A stretch of 64,000 bases of DNA from Batkoa obscura. Its lineage: Eukaryota. The notes beneath the pieces are model-generated. The model was not told the origin of the DNA, did no database searches, and was given only the letters and a program-made list of their open reading frames with translations. The stretch spans positions 806,001 to 870,000 of the forward strand of contig JASVEC010000016.1 of the NCBI GenBank assembly GCA_030770535.1, given 5' to 3'. Positions 52,391-64,000 of this stretch are shown piece by piece. The position numbers and the translations under genes were made by a program. Within the stretch, counting starts at the first letter, position 1. Each line of letters opens with the position of its first letter.

Positions 52391-53575
52391 ATGAATCAAT
52401 TATTTAAACGCTGTGCTGGTCAAGTTAAAGTGAATGTATCAAATGAAATTATATTTTTTGGATGTCCTGAAGAAGCAAATCCTGTAAGTTTATATGGACA
52501 AGTAGAGATCCCCCATCATTTATTAAGAGATTTATCAAGTCGCTGTGTGTTATTAAGATTAAATGGGTATGCTAAAGTATTTTGGGATGAAGAATGTTCT
52601 TATTTTGCTATTATGGCCAGTCGTAAAAGGTTGGTTTGGCAAGAACAAACACTAGTTATTAGCTCTGATGTTACTGTTCATGATTCTCAATTAAATTTAG
52701 AAGCAAGTTCCAATGATACTAATAGAGATTATCATCATTCATTTCCGTTTCATTTTACTGTAGAAGGTCATTTACCAAGTTCTTTTGGTCATTTTAATGA
52801 TTGTATATCTTATTCAGTAGATTTAGTTATCCTATATGATTCTTTTAATTCGAATGGTCAATTAGAAAACAAAGAAGAAGTGATTGCTTCTCGTCCATTT
52901 TTAGTACGTAGATGTATATTACCAACTATGTTACCTTCCTTACTAACAGGTTCAAATAATACAGCTTATTCCGAAAATACATCTACTCGTAGTTCAAGTC
53001 CAGATTTAGTAGAAACTTATACTCATCCAAATCCAACAATACCTACTAATTTTATAACATCACCTCATTTACAACCCATGTTAGGTGATCCAAGTTTAAG
53101 TGAAAAATGGGTAGGTGTTTTTGAAGGTATTAGTTATTGTGTAGTTACACCTTCTTGTATGATTATGGGAGATAATGAATTAAGTTTTAAATTATTATTA
53201 TCTAATAAAGGAAGTCCATCTACCACGTGTGCTTATCTCAGTGCCTCGTTAAAACAAACAGTATATTGTCAAATTAGTGAAGGTGAAAGTGAATTAATAT
53301 CTGGAAGAATGTTTTCAAAGACACAACCTATAACTATATCTAAAACAAATAGTAATCAAAAAATAGGCTTAGATGTTAAACAGGAAACGGCGTTACAAGT
53401 CCGATTACCACTTTCTGATAAATTATTTGAGGATTTAGATTGTGAATTAATTAGAGTTAGTCATCATATTAAATTAAAATTAAAATTTTCAAGGTTTAGT
53501 AAAAGAAAATTAGAGTTAAATTTTCCAATTACTGTTACTTCCTTACAAGATTTACCCCCACCTTATGAACTTTAA
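52391..53575 (+). CDS. Alpha-arrestin-like (ART) adaptor, intronless
   Basis: LYGQVEI, LRLNGYAKVFW, HSFPFHFTVEGHLPSSF, ISYSV, IRVSHHIKLKL, FPITV and C-terminal PY motif LPPPY. Confidence 0.75.
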   Translation: MNQLFKRCAGQVKVNVSNEIIFFGCPEEANPVSLYGQVEIPHHLLRDLSSRCVLLRLNGYAKVFWDEECSYFAIMASRKRLVWQEQTLVISSDVTVHDSQLNLEASSNDTNRDYHHSFPFHFTVEGHLPSSFGHFNDCISYSVDLVILYDSFNSNGQLENKEEVIASRPFLVRRCILPTMLPSLLTGSNNTAYSENTSTRSSSPDLVETYTHPNPTIPTNFITSPHLQPMLGDPSLSEKWVGVFEGISYCVVTPSCMIMGDNELSFKLLLSNKGSPSTTCAYLSASLKQTVYCQISEGESELISGRMFSKTQPITISKTNSNQKIGLDVKQETALQVRLPLSDKLFEDLDCELIRVSHHIKLKLKFSRFSKRKLELNFPITVTSLQDLPPPYEL

Positions 53576-54190
53576 GTAATGACCTTAAAGGTTTGAAATA
53601 TTTTTGTTATCAACTACTCTGCATTGTTTTTTTATCAGTTATTAATTTATTGCTTGAAATAAAGTTTGCTTATTAAAAATAGATCATTTTATTGATTTTA
53701 CATTTTGTTAAGAACACCATATCAGTAATTATAAAGCTTTAATAAAAGCGATTTTTTAAATATGTAAAAGATTATAGCATATATCATATTATTATATTAT
53801 AAACTAAAACAACATAGAATTTATTTATACTTTAACTATAATAAAATTAAAAAATAGACTAACACAACTTGGAATACAATATAATTATTAATACTAATTA
53901 TGTGGTTCTAGACCTAAAATGTAGTATATCATTTTTCATTTAGTTGGTAAATTAATTTTTAAGTGGTGTTTTCAAGTGGTGTAAATAGAATTTTGAAGTG
54001 TTTATCTTACTAAATAATTCATTAAATAATTTCTTTATTATGTAAACGTTTTAAGTTTAAGAATTTGATATATTGTTAAAGGAAACTAATATAATAAAGT
54101 TTAAAACTCCTCCACAAATATTCAAGTTTACATGTTAAACAATAAAATAGTTGATATATTAAAATTAAATTCTAGTAGAAATAAAAATAG

Positions 54191-54290
54191 TAGGAGTGTT
54201 TTTTGACTTCATTATTTTTTCCATTTTTAAGCGCTATTTAGGTGGAAAAATTGTTAGTGAAGTTCTTAAACATAAATACACCCTCAAATA
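54191..54290 (-). mobile_element. ~100-bp MITE family copy
   Basis: ggagtgtt..gacttcatt..taagcgctatttaggtggaaaaattgttagtgaagttcttaaac..caccctca. Confidence 0.8.
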
Positions 54291-54326
54291 TTTTTTTTAG
54301 TGTAAAGATTTTAAGAACTTAAGCTG

Positions 54327-54412
54327 TTTAAAAATTGAAAAACGTACTTAGATGGAAAATACAATAAGTTATTTAAAAATTGAAAAACGTACTTAGATGG
54401 AAAATACAATAA
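54327..54412 (+). repeat. Direct tandem duplication of 41 bp (period 45)
   Basis: tttaaaaattgaaaaacgtacttagatggaaaatacaataa at 54327 and 54372. Confidence 0.92.
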
Positions 54413-54898
54413 TTTAAAAAAAACTAATAAATTAATAGAATCTTCTCAATATGTAAAATGATAAAGCAATAAAACAAATATAATTAATTTTTAACAGGTT
54501 TAATATTGAAGTTTCATACAATATTTTTATTTAAGAATCTAATAGCATTAAATGTATTGAAGCCAATATTTCTCTAATAAAAATTGCATTCTTTATCAAA
54601 AAGTATAACCTAATTTCAACTTAAAAGCCCCTCCACATTTTTACACTAATTTCAACTTAATCTTTCTAATGGCCCAAAAAATAGCGCAATCAATAATTTC
54701 CACCCAAAGGCTAAAACGAATTTGTTTTAATTTTGGGCAACTTGAAGTTAGCTTTAAGCTTAACTAAAAAAACAAGGGATTTAACCCAAAAGGATCATTA
54801 ACTTGTAACCGCTTATAAAAAGTTACCTCATCAACATCAACTTGTTTTTTTATACATACCTTATTTTATTAAATATTTTATTAACAAATTTCAAAACG

Positions 54899-57430
54899 AT
54901 GCAAAAAGTCACTTTTAATGATTTTAAAGATAAACCCTTAGCTATATTATGTCATGATTTTACAAGGATAACTGGTTTAGCTCACTCATTGAATACAAAT
55001 TCTGGTTGCCTGACATTGAGAAATGGTAAGATTAAAAGAATCATTGTAATTTATACATTTAAATAATAAATAATAAATATCAAAAAAAAATTTAACAAAT
55101 GTTATTTAGCTATTAAGTTCATCAATGGATTTCAATCCCCTTGTCCTTATCTTGATATTAAAAGAGACCAAATTTGGGAACTTTGTTTTATACCAGAGAC
55201 TGATAAATTAGATGTTATGCCAGAAGATAAATGCTTTAAAAATGCTTTAGGAAATAGAAGTAAATTGGATAAAGATAATCAATCGAATCAAGCTAGCAAA
55301 GATCGTAAGAAAGGAGAAGATATTATTGGAGGTAAAAATAAAGATAATAAAAAAGCAGTAGATAAAGGAGTAGATAAAGCTAAAGTAAGCATTGGCTGAT
55401 TTAATACTATTTATTAATTTTAATATAGAATCATATTGCAAAAGGTGTTAAACAAAATTTAAATAGAGGATATAGGTAAGTTTTAAATACAATCTAAAAA
55501 TAGAAATAATAGTAATGTAATTTATTTAGTTCGGACGATAATCTAAGTAAAGAGATTGAAGTAATAGATAATACATATAGAAAGAATTGAATTAACGTTA
55601 ATATTAACAATAGAGTATTAATATCAATATAAATTATTCCGATTATGAACCAAGTAGTGTGGATAAAGAAACGAAATTAAAGAATAAACAAAGGAACAAT
55701 AATGCGAATAAGAATAATAAAATGCTTCATCTAAATAGTAATAGTGGAAGGAATAAGAATAGTAACAATAACAATAACAATAACAATAACAATAACAATA
55801 ACAATAACAATAACAATAACAATAACAATAACAAATCATCCAATAATGTTAAATATAATAATGTAATTTTAAATAGTAAATAATATAATTAAAATACAAT
55901 AACAGCTATTTTTTTTATATAGAATTATAATAATAATAATTATAACAATAAAAAGAAGAATGGAAAAAACAACAATTATGAAGATATACCTTGGATGAAT
56001 CAAAATATTGATGAATTAGATGGTCATTTTGATTTTGTTAAATATTTAGGAGAATTTGATAAAAAAGGAGAATTTGGAAAAATTAAAGTATTATAATTAA
56101 TATAATTCAAATAATAATAGGAATTTAAATAATAATAATAATAGGAAAATGATACAGTAGATCCCAAAGATAGATTGGTTTATTTTAATCGTAAGCCTAA
56201 ATTAGAGAATCAAAGTGAAGGTCAAACAAATATTTGTCAATCATCAAGTGTACAAAAAAATTACAAAAACACAGAAATGGTATTATCTGATAGTATTTAT
56301 CAACCAAGAACTAAAAATAAAAATAAAAACGTATTTTTTACTGAAAGTGGTATTTATGTTCCTACAATTGATAAAAATACTATGATAAATGCAGAAACTA
56401 TAACCGGTAATTTTATTATAGTAATTATAACGTGTAAATATACTTAATGAGTTATTTAATTTTAGTTAATGAAATGGGACCTAATCAATCTCAATTATTT
56501 GAAAATGGTGGTAGAAGTATTTGTTTAATGGCTATTAAAGCTATTGGTAATAATTGAATTGAATAATAAATAATAAATGATAAATAATAAAATCATTGAA
56601 TATTTAAGGAGGACCACGTCGACTTCGACCAGATAATCATAATACACCACCAGTGATTGTATTATTAGTTGGTAATAATAAAGCAGGTATTTATGGGTTA
56701 TGTGCTGGAAGACATTTAGCTTCAAGAGGTTGTGAGGTTATTTGTTTGTTAGTTGGGAATCAAGATAGTGAATTTAATAAGGTGATTTAATTTAATTTGA
56801 TGAGTTATAGGTCATAAATTTATTTATATTTTATACTTATAGGATTTATTAGAACAATATAAATATACTCAATATTCAGGAGTTAAAATGATTAATTCAA
56901 TTCAAAGTAAGTTATTATTTAAGTAATATGTAATATATTATTTACTTATATATCATTATAGAATTACCAAATCCATTAAAACAACCTATTGATCTTATTA
57001 TTGATGGCTTATTAGGTTATGAATATTCAATAAATTCTATATCATTACAATTTGAACAACAATTAATAAATGAGCTTATTTCATGGGTAAATAATTCTCA
57101 AACACCCGCATTATCTATTGATTTACCTGCCGGTTTATTATTAGAGAAAGGTAATTTAATAATAGCAATTGTCATAAATAAATGACAACTAATTATTTTT
57201 TTTTAAATTTAGGTTCAATAGTAACTTCCAATAATAATAGTATATTACCTAAATGGACAATTGCTTTAGGCGCTCCACAAAAAATGGTCCAATATCGTCA
57301 TTTGATTGGTGAATTATTTTTAGGGGATATTGGTATCCCTAATAAAGTTTGGGAAAGAGTTGGCATTTCTAGTTGGCAACCACCTTTTGGAGCTACTTAT
57401 CTTATTCGTTTGGATTTTATTGAAGAATAA
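54899..57430 (+). CDS. EDC3: Enhancer of mRNA decapping Edc3 (LSm-like N-terminus, Asn-rich linker, FDF motif, YjeF_N), many introns
   Basis: FDFVKYLGEFDKKGEF (FDF), FENGGRSICLMAIKAIGGPRRL..NHNTPP..LVGNNKAG..GRHLASRG, IDLIIDGL, LSIDLPAG, PKWTIALGAP, LFLGDIGIP. Confidence 0.85.
55764..55832 (+). repeat. (AACAAT)11.5 coding microsatellite, a 23-Asn run in EDC3
   Basis: Perfect alternation of AAC and AAT codons. Confidence 0.9.
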
Positions 57431-57496
57431 AATTGAATAACTTTCTCTACAAATTTTGATAATAATTATAAAACTATTTCGATATAATAACACTAT

Positions 57497-58418
57497 TCAT
57501 TCTTTTATTTCATTATTAAAAATAAAATTCTTTAACTTTGAATAAGCTTTATCTAAGTCATCATTAACGATAATACAATCATGGGCATTGGGTTCTTTTG
57601 AATAATCTAATTCAGCTTTGGAAGCTTTTAATCGATTTTGAATTGCTTCTTCAGTTTCAGTACCTCGAGATCTTAATCTTTGTTCTAATATTTCAATACT
57701 AGGTGGGGAAATAAATATGAATCGAGCATCTAATGAAGTTTGTTTGACTTGTTTAACGCCTTGCTATATTATTATAAGGAGGGGTTAATTTTTTAATATA
57801 GAAATGCAGTAAATTATAAAATGAGTTACCATATCAATGTCCAAGATACAAATTTTCCCATGATTAGTAACATTATTTACAGCTTCAATAGAAGTACCTA
57901 AATTCAAATTTCAATTTCAATGTCTAATACATAATAAATAGTAAATAGTAACCATTTTGATTTAAACTTACCATACATATTTCCTGAAAAAGTAGCATGC
58001 TCAATAAACTTTCCTTGTTGAATTTCATTTTCCATAACAGATTTTTCTACGAAATAATAATGTTTTCCATCTTCTTCACCAGCTCGTGGTTTTCTAGTAG
58101 TATCTATTAAAATCCATTTTTAGTCAAGTTACAATGAATTGATTTTCAAAATCCTTGTATGTTATTATTATTATTTGTTTTTCATTTTTTTACTATGAAC
58201 ATGTGATATTATCTTTAAAGATAGATAACTGAAACTTACGTGAAACACTGAAACCAAATTTATCAGGATATTCTTTAAATAATAAATTTAATAATGTACT
58301 TTTACCACTTCCACTAGGGCCTGAGAGTACTATTGGTCCTATATTATAACTATATCAAAAAAACTTAAACATTTAATTATTAAAATTTACTTTTAGTTAT
58401 TTGTGAAACACTACTCAT
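57497..58418 (-). CDS. GUK1: Guanylate kinase (possible extra 5' exon 58537-58572)
   Basis: [85 protein letters not shown]. Confidence 0.95.
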
Positions 58419-59127
58419 CTAAATAAAAAATTTTATAATTAATATTAATATAATTATAGCTATATAATATTCGATTTTAACTTCAAATCCAATCTGTTTT
58501 AATTATTTTAATTATTTTAATTATTATCATCATTACTTTACGTAAACTAAATTTGAAATTATTAAAAAGCATACTTTTTATATATAAGAAATTTAATCTC
58601 TTTTTTTAAAACGTTACTATTTTTATATTAAATTACGTAAATTAATTAATTAATTAATGGGTTATTTGATTGGTTTCTTAACAAATTTGCAATATAATTG
58701 AGTAAATTAATTTTTTAAATTTGGAATATAGAAGTCATAAATAACATAGTAATTTATAATATAAAAATTACAAATAAATTTAATTTTTAAAAATGATCAA
58801 ATATTTTAATATATTAAAACACAGTAATACACTTTTAAAATTCATCAAATTTAGATCAAAACTACACTTCAACTTATTCACTATGAATTATTTTGTATCT
58901 AATTGATTAGCTTAAATCACTAAGAAAATTTAAACTCGAAATTCCTAACATAAACATTTGACATCATAAAAATCTCCACCAATAGCCAATGACTTTCAAT
59001 TTTTCAATTTTAAAAAGAAAATAAACTTCCAATTTACCATGAACTTTATTAAAAAATAGGTCAAAAAATCACCAAGATAAAAGTATAATTCAAATCTAAA
59101 AAATAAATAAAATAAACAATAAATATC

Positions 59128-59784
59128 ATGTGCTTTCGTCAACTCATAAAATACAAGCATATTAATTTAAGATTTCATTTATTGAAATCAAGTCAACCTA
59201 CCTTTCAGTATGCTATTTCATCCAAGCATGCAGCTTACTCAACTACTGTTACTCCATCTTCACCTTTATCTCCTTTAGATAAACAAAACATTGCTATCCA
59301 AAGAGAATTACCTCAAATAAAAAACACACGAAACCAAACAATAGCTATTATTTTAGGAGGCATTGCACTTTGGGCCACTGCTTTAAGTTTGGCCTTTAAC
59401 TATCAAAAAAAGAATACATCCATAGTTAAAGCCACTTTATTTGCTGTGAAATATAATGAAAACACAAAACAGTTACTTGGAGAAGATATTCAATTTGTAG
59501 ATTATCCTTGGATTTCCGGAGATATCAATCATATGAAGGGAAACGTGGATTTTTCCTATTGGGTAAAAGGAAGTTATGGTAATAAGCTTTTTAAATATGT
59601 TTTAATTATAATTGTGAGATTAACAAGATATTGTTTAGGTAAACAAGCTAAAGTTTTATTTCAAAGTAAAAGAGTAAAAGGTGTTTGGACACCAAGTTTA
59701 TTTCAAATTGAAACGGAAGGTAAAGTAATTTCTTTATTACAAGAAAGTGATATTATCGAACAATTGGCTTCTATAGAAAAATAA
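59128..59784 (+). CDS. COA1: Cytochrome c oxidase assembly factor COA1/DUF1783-like; probable 60-nt intron 59579-59638
   Basis: Presequence-like N-terminus, RELP, single TM, NYQKKNTSIV, LLGEDI, PWISGDINHMKGNVDFSYWVKG. Confidence 0.75.
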   Translation: MCFRQLIKYKHINLRFHLLKSSQPTFQYAISSKHAAYSTTVTPSSPLSPLDKQNIAIQRELPQIKNTRNQTIAIILGGIALWATALSLAFNYQKKNTSIVKATLFAVKYNENTKQLLGEDIQFVDYPWISGDINHMKGNVDFSYWVKGSYGNKLFKYVLIIIVRLTRYCLGKQAKVLFQSKRVKGVWTPSLFQIETEGKVISLLQESDIIEQLASIEK

Positions 59785-59789
59785 ATTTT

Positions 59790-62700
59790 TTAGTTTTTTG
59801 ATTCCTTTTGCAATAGTAGCCAATTTATAAATTTCCATATTTTAGTAGCCTATTTGAAATAACAACATTAATAATTCAATAATAATAATAATAATAATAA
59901 TACCATCTCATCCAATCTATCGGATTTAAATGGAATTAAAGCTTCTTTTATATTCAGTAATTGAAATTCAGTATTAAAAAAGCATACTTTTAATTCCTTT
60001 TTATTGAACTGTATTTTAAATACATTTGATAATATTAAAAATAATTCATTATTCTATGGTAAATAAAAAGTTAATTAACATTGTCATTAAACTGTAATAT
60101 ATTAATTATTACCTTTTCAATTTTATTATTAAAGTCTATTTCATCTATGTCTATTTTATCATTGTTAACTTCACTATTATTAAAATCTAGTTCAATTTCA
60201 TCTTCATTAGCATTTTCATTACTAGAATTCATTTGTTCCTCACAAAACTGTATTTTCTTTTTTAACTCATTGTCATTATCAACCTCAATTATATCCCTTA
60301 ATTTCACATCCCCTAAAAAAAGCATCAGTAAACCAATCAAAATCAAATAAGTAGCTAATAACACTCATTACCCTCTATAACCCACGAAAAAGTTTCCAAT
60401 AATGTCCAAAAATACATTGCTATTATAATTGAATTTGTTTTATACTTGTCATCCAAATATTGAATTAAAATTAGAATTTCTTTTTTTTTTAAACAGATAC
60501 TTATTAACTTTTCATAATATTGTTCAATATCTTGTAATTGATATTTCATTGCCAAATCGAGTGCCATTTTACTCCCCAGTACTTTATCCTTACAATTTAA
60601 AACAATATTAGCTGCTTTAGAATATTCCTTGAATTTTAAATAATTTTCCATAACTTTTATATACTCTTCTTTTTCGATTAAATATTGATTATATTTTTCA
60701 TAAATAGTAACAATTAACTTTTGTTTATTTATTAAATTATTACTCTCAATTAATTTTAATCCAAGTTCAAATTCTTGATTTTTTACTAAACATTGAATTG
60801 CTAATTCAATTTTACCCATATAAAGATATATTACAACTCCAATTAATGTACTTTCATTATTATTATTATTATTGCTCATCTCACCCGCTACTTTTTCCAT
60901 CATTTGATAATAACTTTCATTCCCTAATAATGGAGATAAAGATAATAACAATAAAGATTTAATTATACTATGATTTTGATCGTTATTACTGTTATTAAAT
61001 TGATTAAAACATGAAATTAATTCTCCGTTTAACAATTGATTTAATATCAATTTGTTATTATTATTATTGTTTGAATTCTCTCTTCTATTCTCTATCGTTG
61101 ATGATGCCGTGCTTAAACCATTATTTTCTTCTTTGATATTAATAATTTGATGTTTCTTATTATTATTGTTAATTGTTTCAATTGTACTATCAGTATGATT
61201 ATATTTGATCTTTTTATTTTGATTGTGACGTATATTAACTTCCTCACTCATTTTATTCTTAACTTCCACTTTTGCATTTAACTTTTTAAAATTATTCACT
61301 TTCTCTTTCCAACAATTAAAATCCCAAAGTAATAATTTACAATCATTAAAACCTGAAATAATTAACTTATTATTGATCCATATCCCACAATTCACTGGCT
61401 TTGAATAATCCAACAATAAGATGGATACTAAAGTTATATTGTTCTCGATTTGATAAACCAAACTAGTACCATCAATACTAGTACTTAACAAAAAACTTGT
61501 TTTAAATTGTAAACTGGTAATCTTAGATTTTTGTTTTTGTAAGATAAAATCATACTCATTATGAACTTTGTTTCGTTCCTTTTGTACCCTAATTTTATTC
61601 AATTTAGTTCTAATGATTCATTAATAGAAACCATACAACTTACATCTTAAATCTATCACAATTAACCAAAATTATACTGCCGTCATCAAAACCAATTGCC
61701 AACATTGTAAACTCTTCATTTTCTGCAATAGCCAAAATCGGAGAACAAATGTTTATAAAGGAATAAATTAAACAATAATTTTTAGTTAAATAAACATTCA
61801 TTTTTCCATTAGAATAACCTAGTATGAAATAATTTCCGTTATTTATAAATTGAAATTGAGTGAGCTGTATATTTTCTTCATTATTTATCTAACAACAATT
61901 ATTAAGTAAATTTAAATTATAAATTATAAATTATAAATTATGTTAGATTTACCTTCAATATATTTATTAACGAATTGGATATAATAATTGAAATATCATT
62001 TAAATGATAAAACAATAACTTTCCACTTTTATATAAAACTGCTATTACATTAAATTCACTTTCATTTTCCTTCTTATTATTCCTGATCCGCATTTCATCT
62101 TCTTCCAATAGTAATAGTTCCAAATTGTCCAAATCATTCAATTGACCAATCCATTTTAATTTGATAATTTGAATTTGTTCAATTAAATTGCTATTGTTGA
62201 CATTATTATTCATAATTTTATTATTATTATTACTTTTATTTAACGTTTTGATTTTTTGATTTCTTATATTTAACTTTCCAATTTGGCCATTATTACATAC
62301 AAACCATAATTGATTTTCTATTTCAGGATGGAATTGAATCTAAGTTAAAATTAAATAATAAACTATTATTATATTTATTATTGTTATATTAAATAATAAT
62401 AAACTTACCTTATTGACTGAATGATGAATATTATTCCAAATATTAAAAATCACTTCTAACTTCTTCTGTTTTCCATCTAATTTTAAAATTTTAATTTTAT
62501 CTTCATTATTAGCAATAGCAACTAATGATTTATCCCACTGAGCAATCGAAACATTTGAAATTGGCGAATTCAAAGTGTCGGTACTTTTTTTGATTTTGTA
62601 ACTTTTTAAATCCCAGCAAATAATTTTACGATCTAATGAATATGTAATTACAGATTGTTGGTGTTGATTAATTAATATCGAAAATAAACTTCGTTTATGA

Positions 62701-63993
62701 CCATCTTCTTTCTTGTTTTGAATACTAATAATTTTATTTGTTACCACTTTCCATAAGTTCAATTTACCACTACAAAAATGAAATAAATAAATTCAATTTT
62801 TATTATACCACATTTCTTTAATATAAACTTACTTTTTATTCGCTACAATCAATTGTAACTCCTCCTCATTTAACACATCAAATGTAATAAACCCTTCATC
62901 TTTATATTTTTTTTTATCCAACTTTAAACTTAATATATTATTACTTTCTTTCTTATTTAAATTATTAAATACAATATAATATTGATCCAATGAGCATGAT
63001 ATTAATATTGGGAATTCTTTATTCATTATCTCTATATTACGTTATATTATATTGTTATTAGTTATTATTATTAGTTATTATTACTAGCATTATATTATTA
63101 AACTTACCATTAATCACCAATTGAATTTTTAATATTTCCAAACTATGCTGATTTAATGTAAATAAAACATTGATCTCCAATTCAGTATCAGCTTTTGCAA
63201 TCAATATAGTACCATCCTTATATCTTAAAAACATTATCAATTTTACTTAATAAATGTCAATAATATTTACCCAATCGCCAAATAACATTCCTTATTAAAT
63301 AGTATACTATCAAAGCAAGTAATTTGTCCTTTTTTAATTTGGTACTTTTTAATTTTTTTACTTATTAAACTATACAAAACTAAATTCCCAGTTTTATCCC
63401 CTAAAATAAAATAAAAATAAAATAAAATAAAATAATTAATAAATAGGGCTTAGTTATGATTTAACTTGTTTTATCCTTACCACAAACAATAATGTCTTTT
63501 AACCTCATCCAACATACCGCCATAACATCTTTCTATACCAATTAAAAAACTTAAAAACTTTCATTCGTCATTGAAATTTTTTGTCTCTCTTCAAACTTAC
63601 CTTAAACCAAGCAAATTCAGCCACTATTTGACCTCTATCTGTCCCCCTCCCACCTTTCCAAATTTTAACTTGACCATTCGCACCTCCGGTCAGAAATCGG
63701 CTAACTTTTTCCCTCTCCTCTTCCACCTCATTTGGACTATTCTCTGAAATTTCTAAACAAAAACTAGTCACTCTAGGGTAATGGCAATCAATGTTGAAGA
63801 TTAACTCAAAAGTTGTACAATCAAGACAATAAATGCCATTTTTACTACAATAATAATACAATTGTGAATTTGGATCGAGACCAAATAAATTACTATTGTA
63901 CCAATTAGGAGATTGGTAAATGCCATAAAGGCTATTGGATTCATATAACTTTGAGTGTTGAGCTATTTCATTGAATTGAAGCGTATCATCCAT
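59790..63993 (-). CDS. GEMIN5: Gemin5/Rigor mortis-like protein (tandem WD40 propellers + TPR-like module), many introns
   Basis: N-terminal QSPNWY, GDKTGNLV, YLAIG|YKDGTILI..LNQHSLEI, GHKRSLFSI..SLDRKIICWD..TL..IWNNI..KIQFHP, then a helical Y(L)..G....A...L......E...L module. These match motifs I recall from animal Gemin5, in the same order. Confidence 0.72.
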
Positions 63994-64000
63994 TGAATAT

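Noticed and set aside
55624..55839. ORF encoding poly-(Cys-Tyr)
   Set aside because: Antisense reading of the (AACAAT)n Asn repeat in EDC3.
60314..60371. Apparent frameshift or stop between ORFs 60355-61602 and 60071-60364
   Set aside because: Explained by a normal GT..AG intron (gtaatgag..tttttag).
13461..60611. Antisense or alternate-frame ORFs such as 13461, 14565, 15181, 19979, 24925, 26070, 39467, 39713, 41801, 60081 and 60429
   Set aside because: They overlap well-supported genes and have no recognisable motifs.
39095..63993. Functional cluster of RNA-metabolism genes (DBP9, SF3A2, EDC3, Gemin5-like)
   Set aside because: They are interspersed with unrelated genes; such density is expected by chance in a compact genome.
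1..64000. tRNA, rRNA or snoRNA genes
   Set aside because: None recognised by eye; a covariance-model scan would be needed to exclude them.

Overview
Very AT-rich, gene-dense eukaryotic DNA with many short GT-AG introns (about 40-70 nt), most consistent with an early-diverging fungus (inference; a zoopagomycete/Conidiobolus-like organism is plausible but not provable here). The ORF track is fragmented by introns; spliced by eye it gives about 24 genes. These are a bacterial DusA-type dihydrouridine synthase, RPN9, TMEM256, TMEM19, a secreted BBE/AA7 flavoenzyme, DSC3, a Rim15/Greatwall/IRE-type kinase, AFG2, two pseudouridine-5'-phosphate glycosidase genes (one fused to a PfkB kinase, one stand-alone and divergent), RSM10, RSM25, three intact fatty-acid-hydroxylase/sterol-desaturase paralogs, RFA3, PIG-A, DBP9, SF3A2, mitochondrial uL4, an alpha-arrestin, EDC3, GUK1, COA1 and an apparent Gemin5 homolog. 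There are also two pseudogenes (a DSC3 copy and a hydroxylase copy) and a ~100-bp TA-targeting MITE family with 13 near-full copies. Highlights: (1) a Gemin5-like gene in a fungus; (2) a duplicated PsuG that keeps the catalytic residues but has a remodelled active-site region, next to a PsuG-PfkB fusion whose domain junction is a long intron with an in-frame stop and AATAAA; (3) a MITE whose TA target duplication is shown by an empty-site paralog inside the window; (4) a 198-bp identical tract between otherwise diverged hydroxylase paralogs; (5) a BBE-like enzyme lacking the FAD-linking Cys. All gene models and family calls are by eye and from memory of family motifs; no searches were run.
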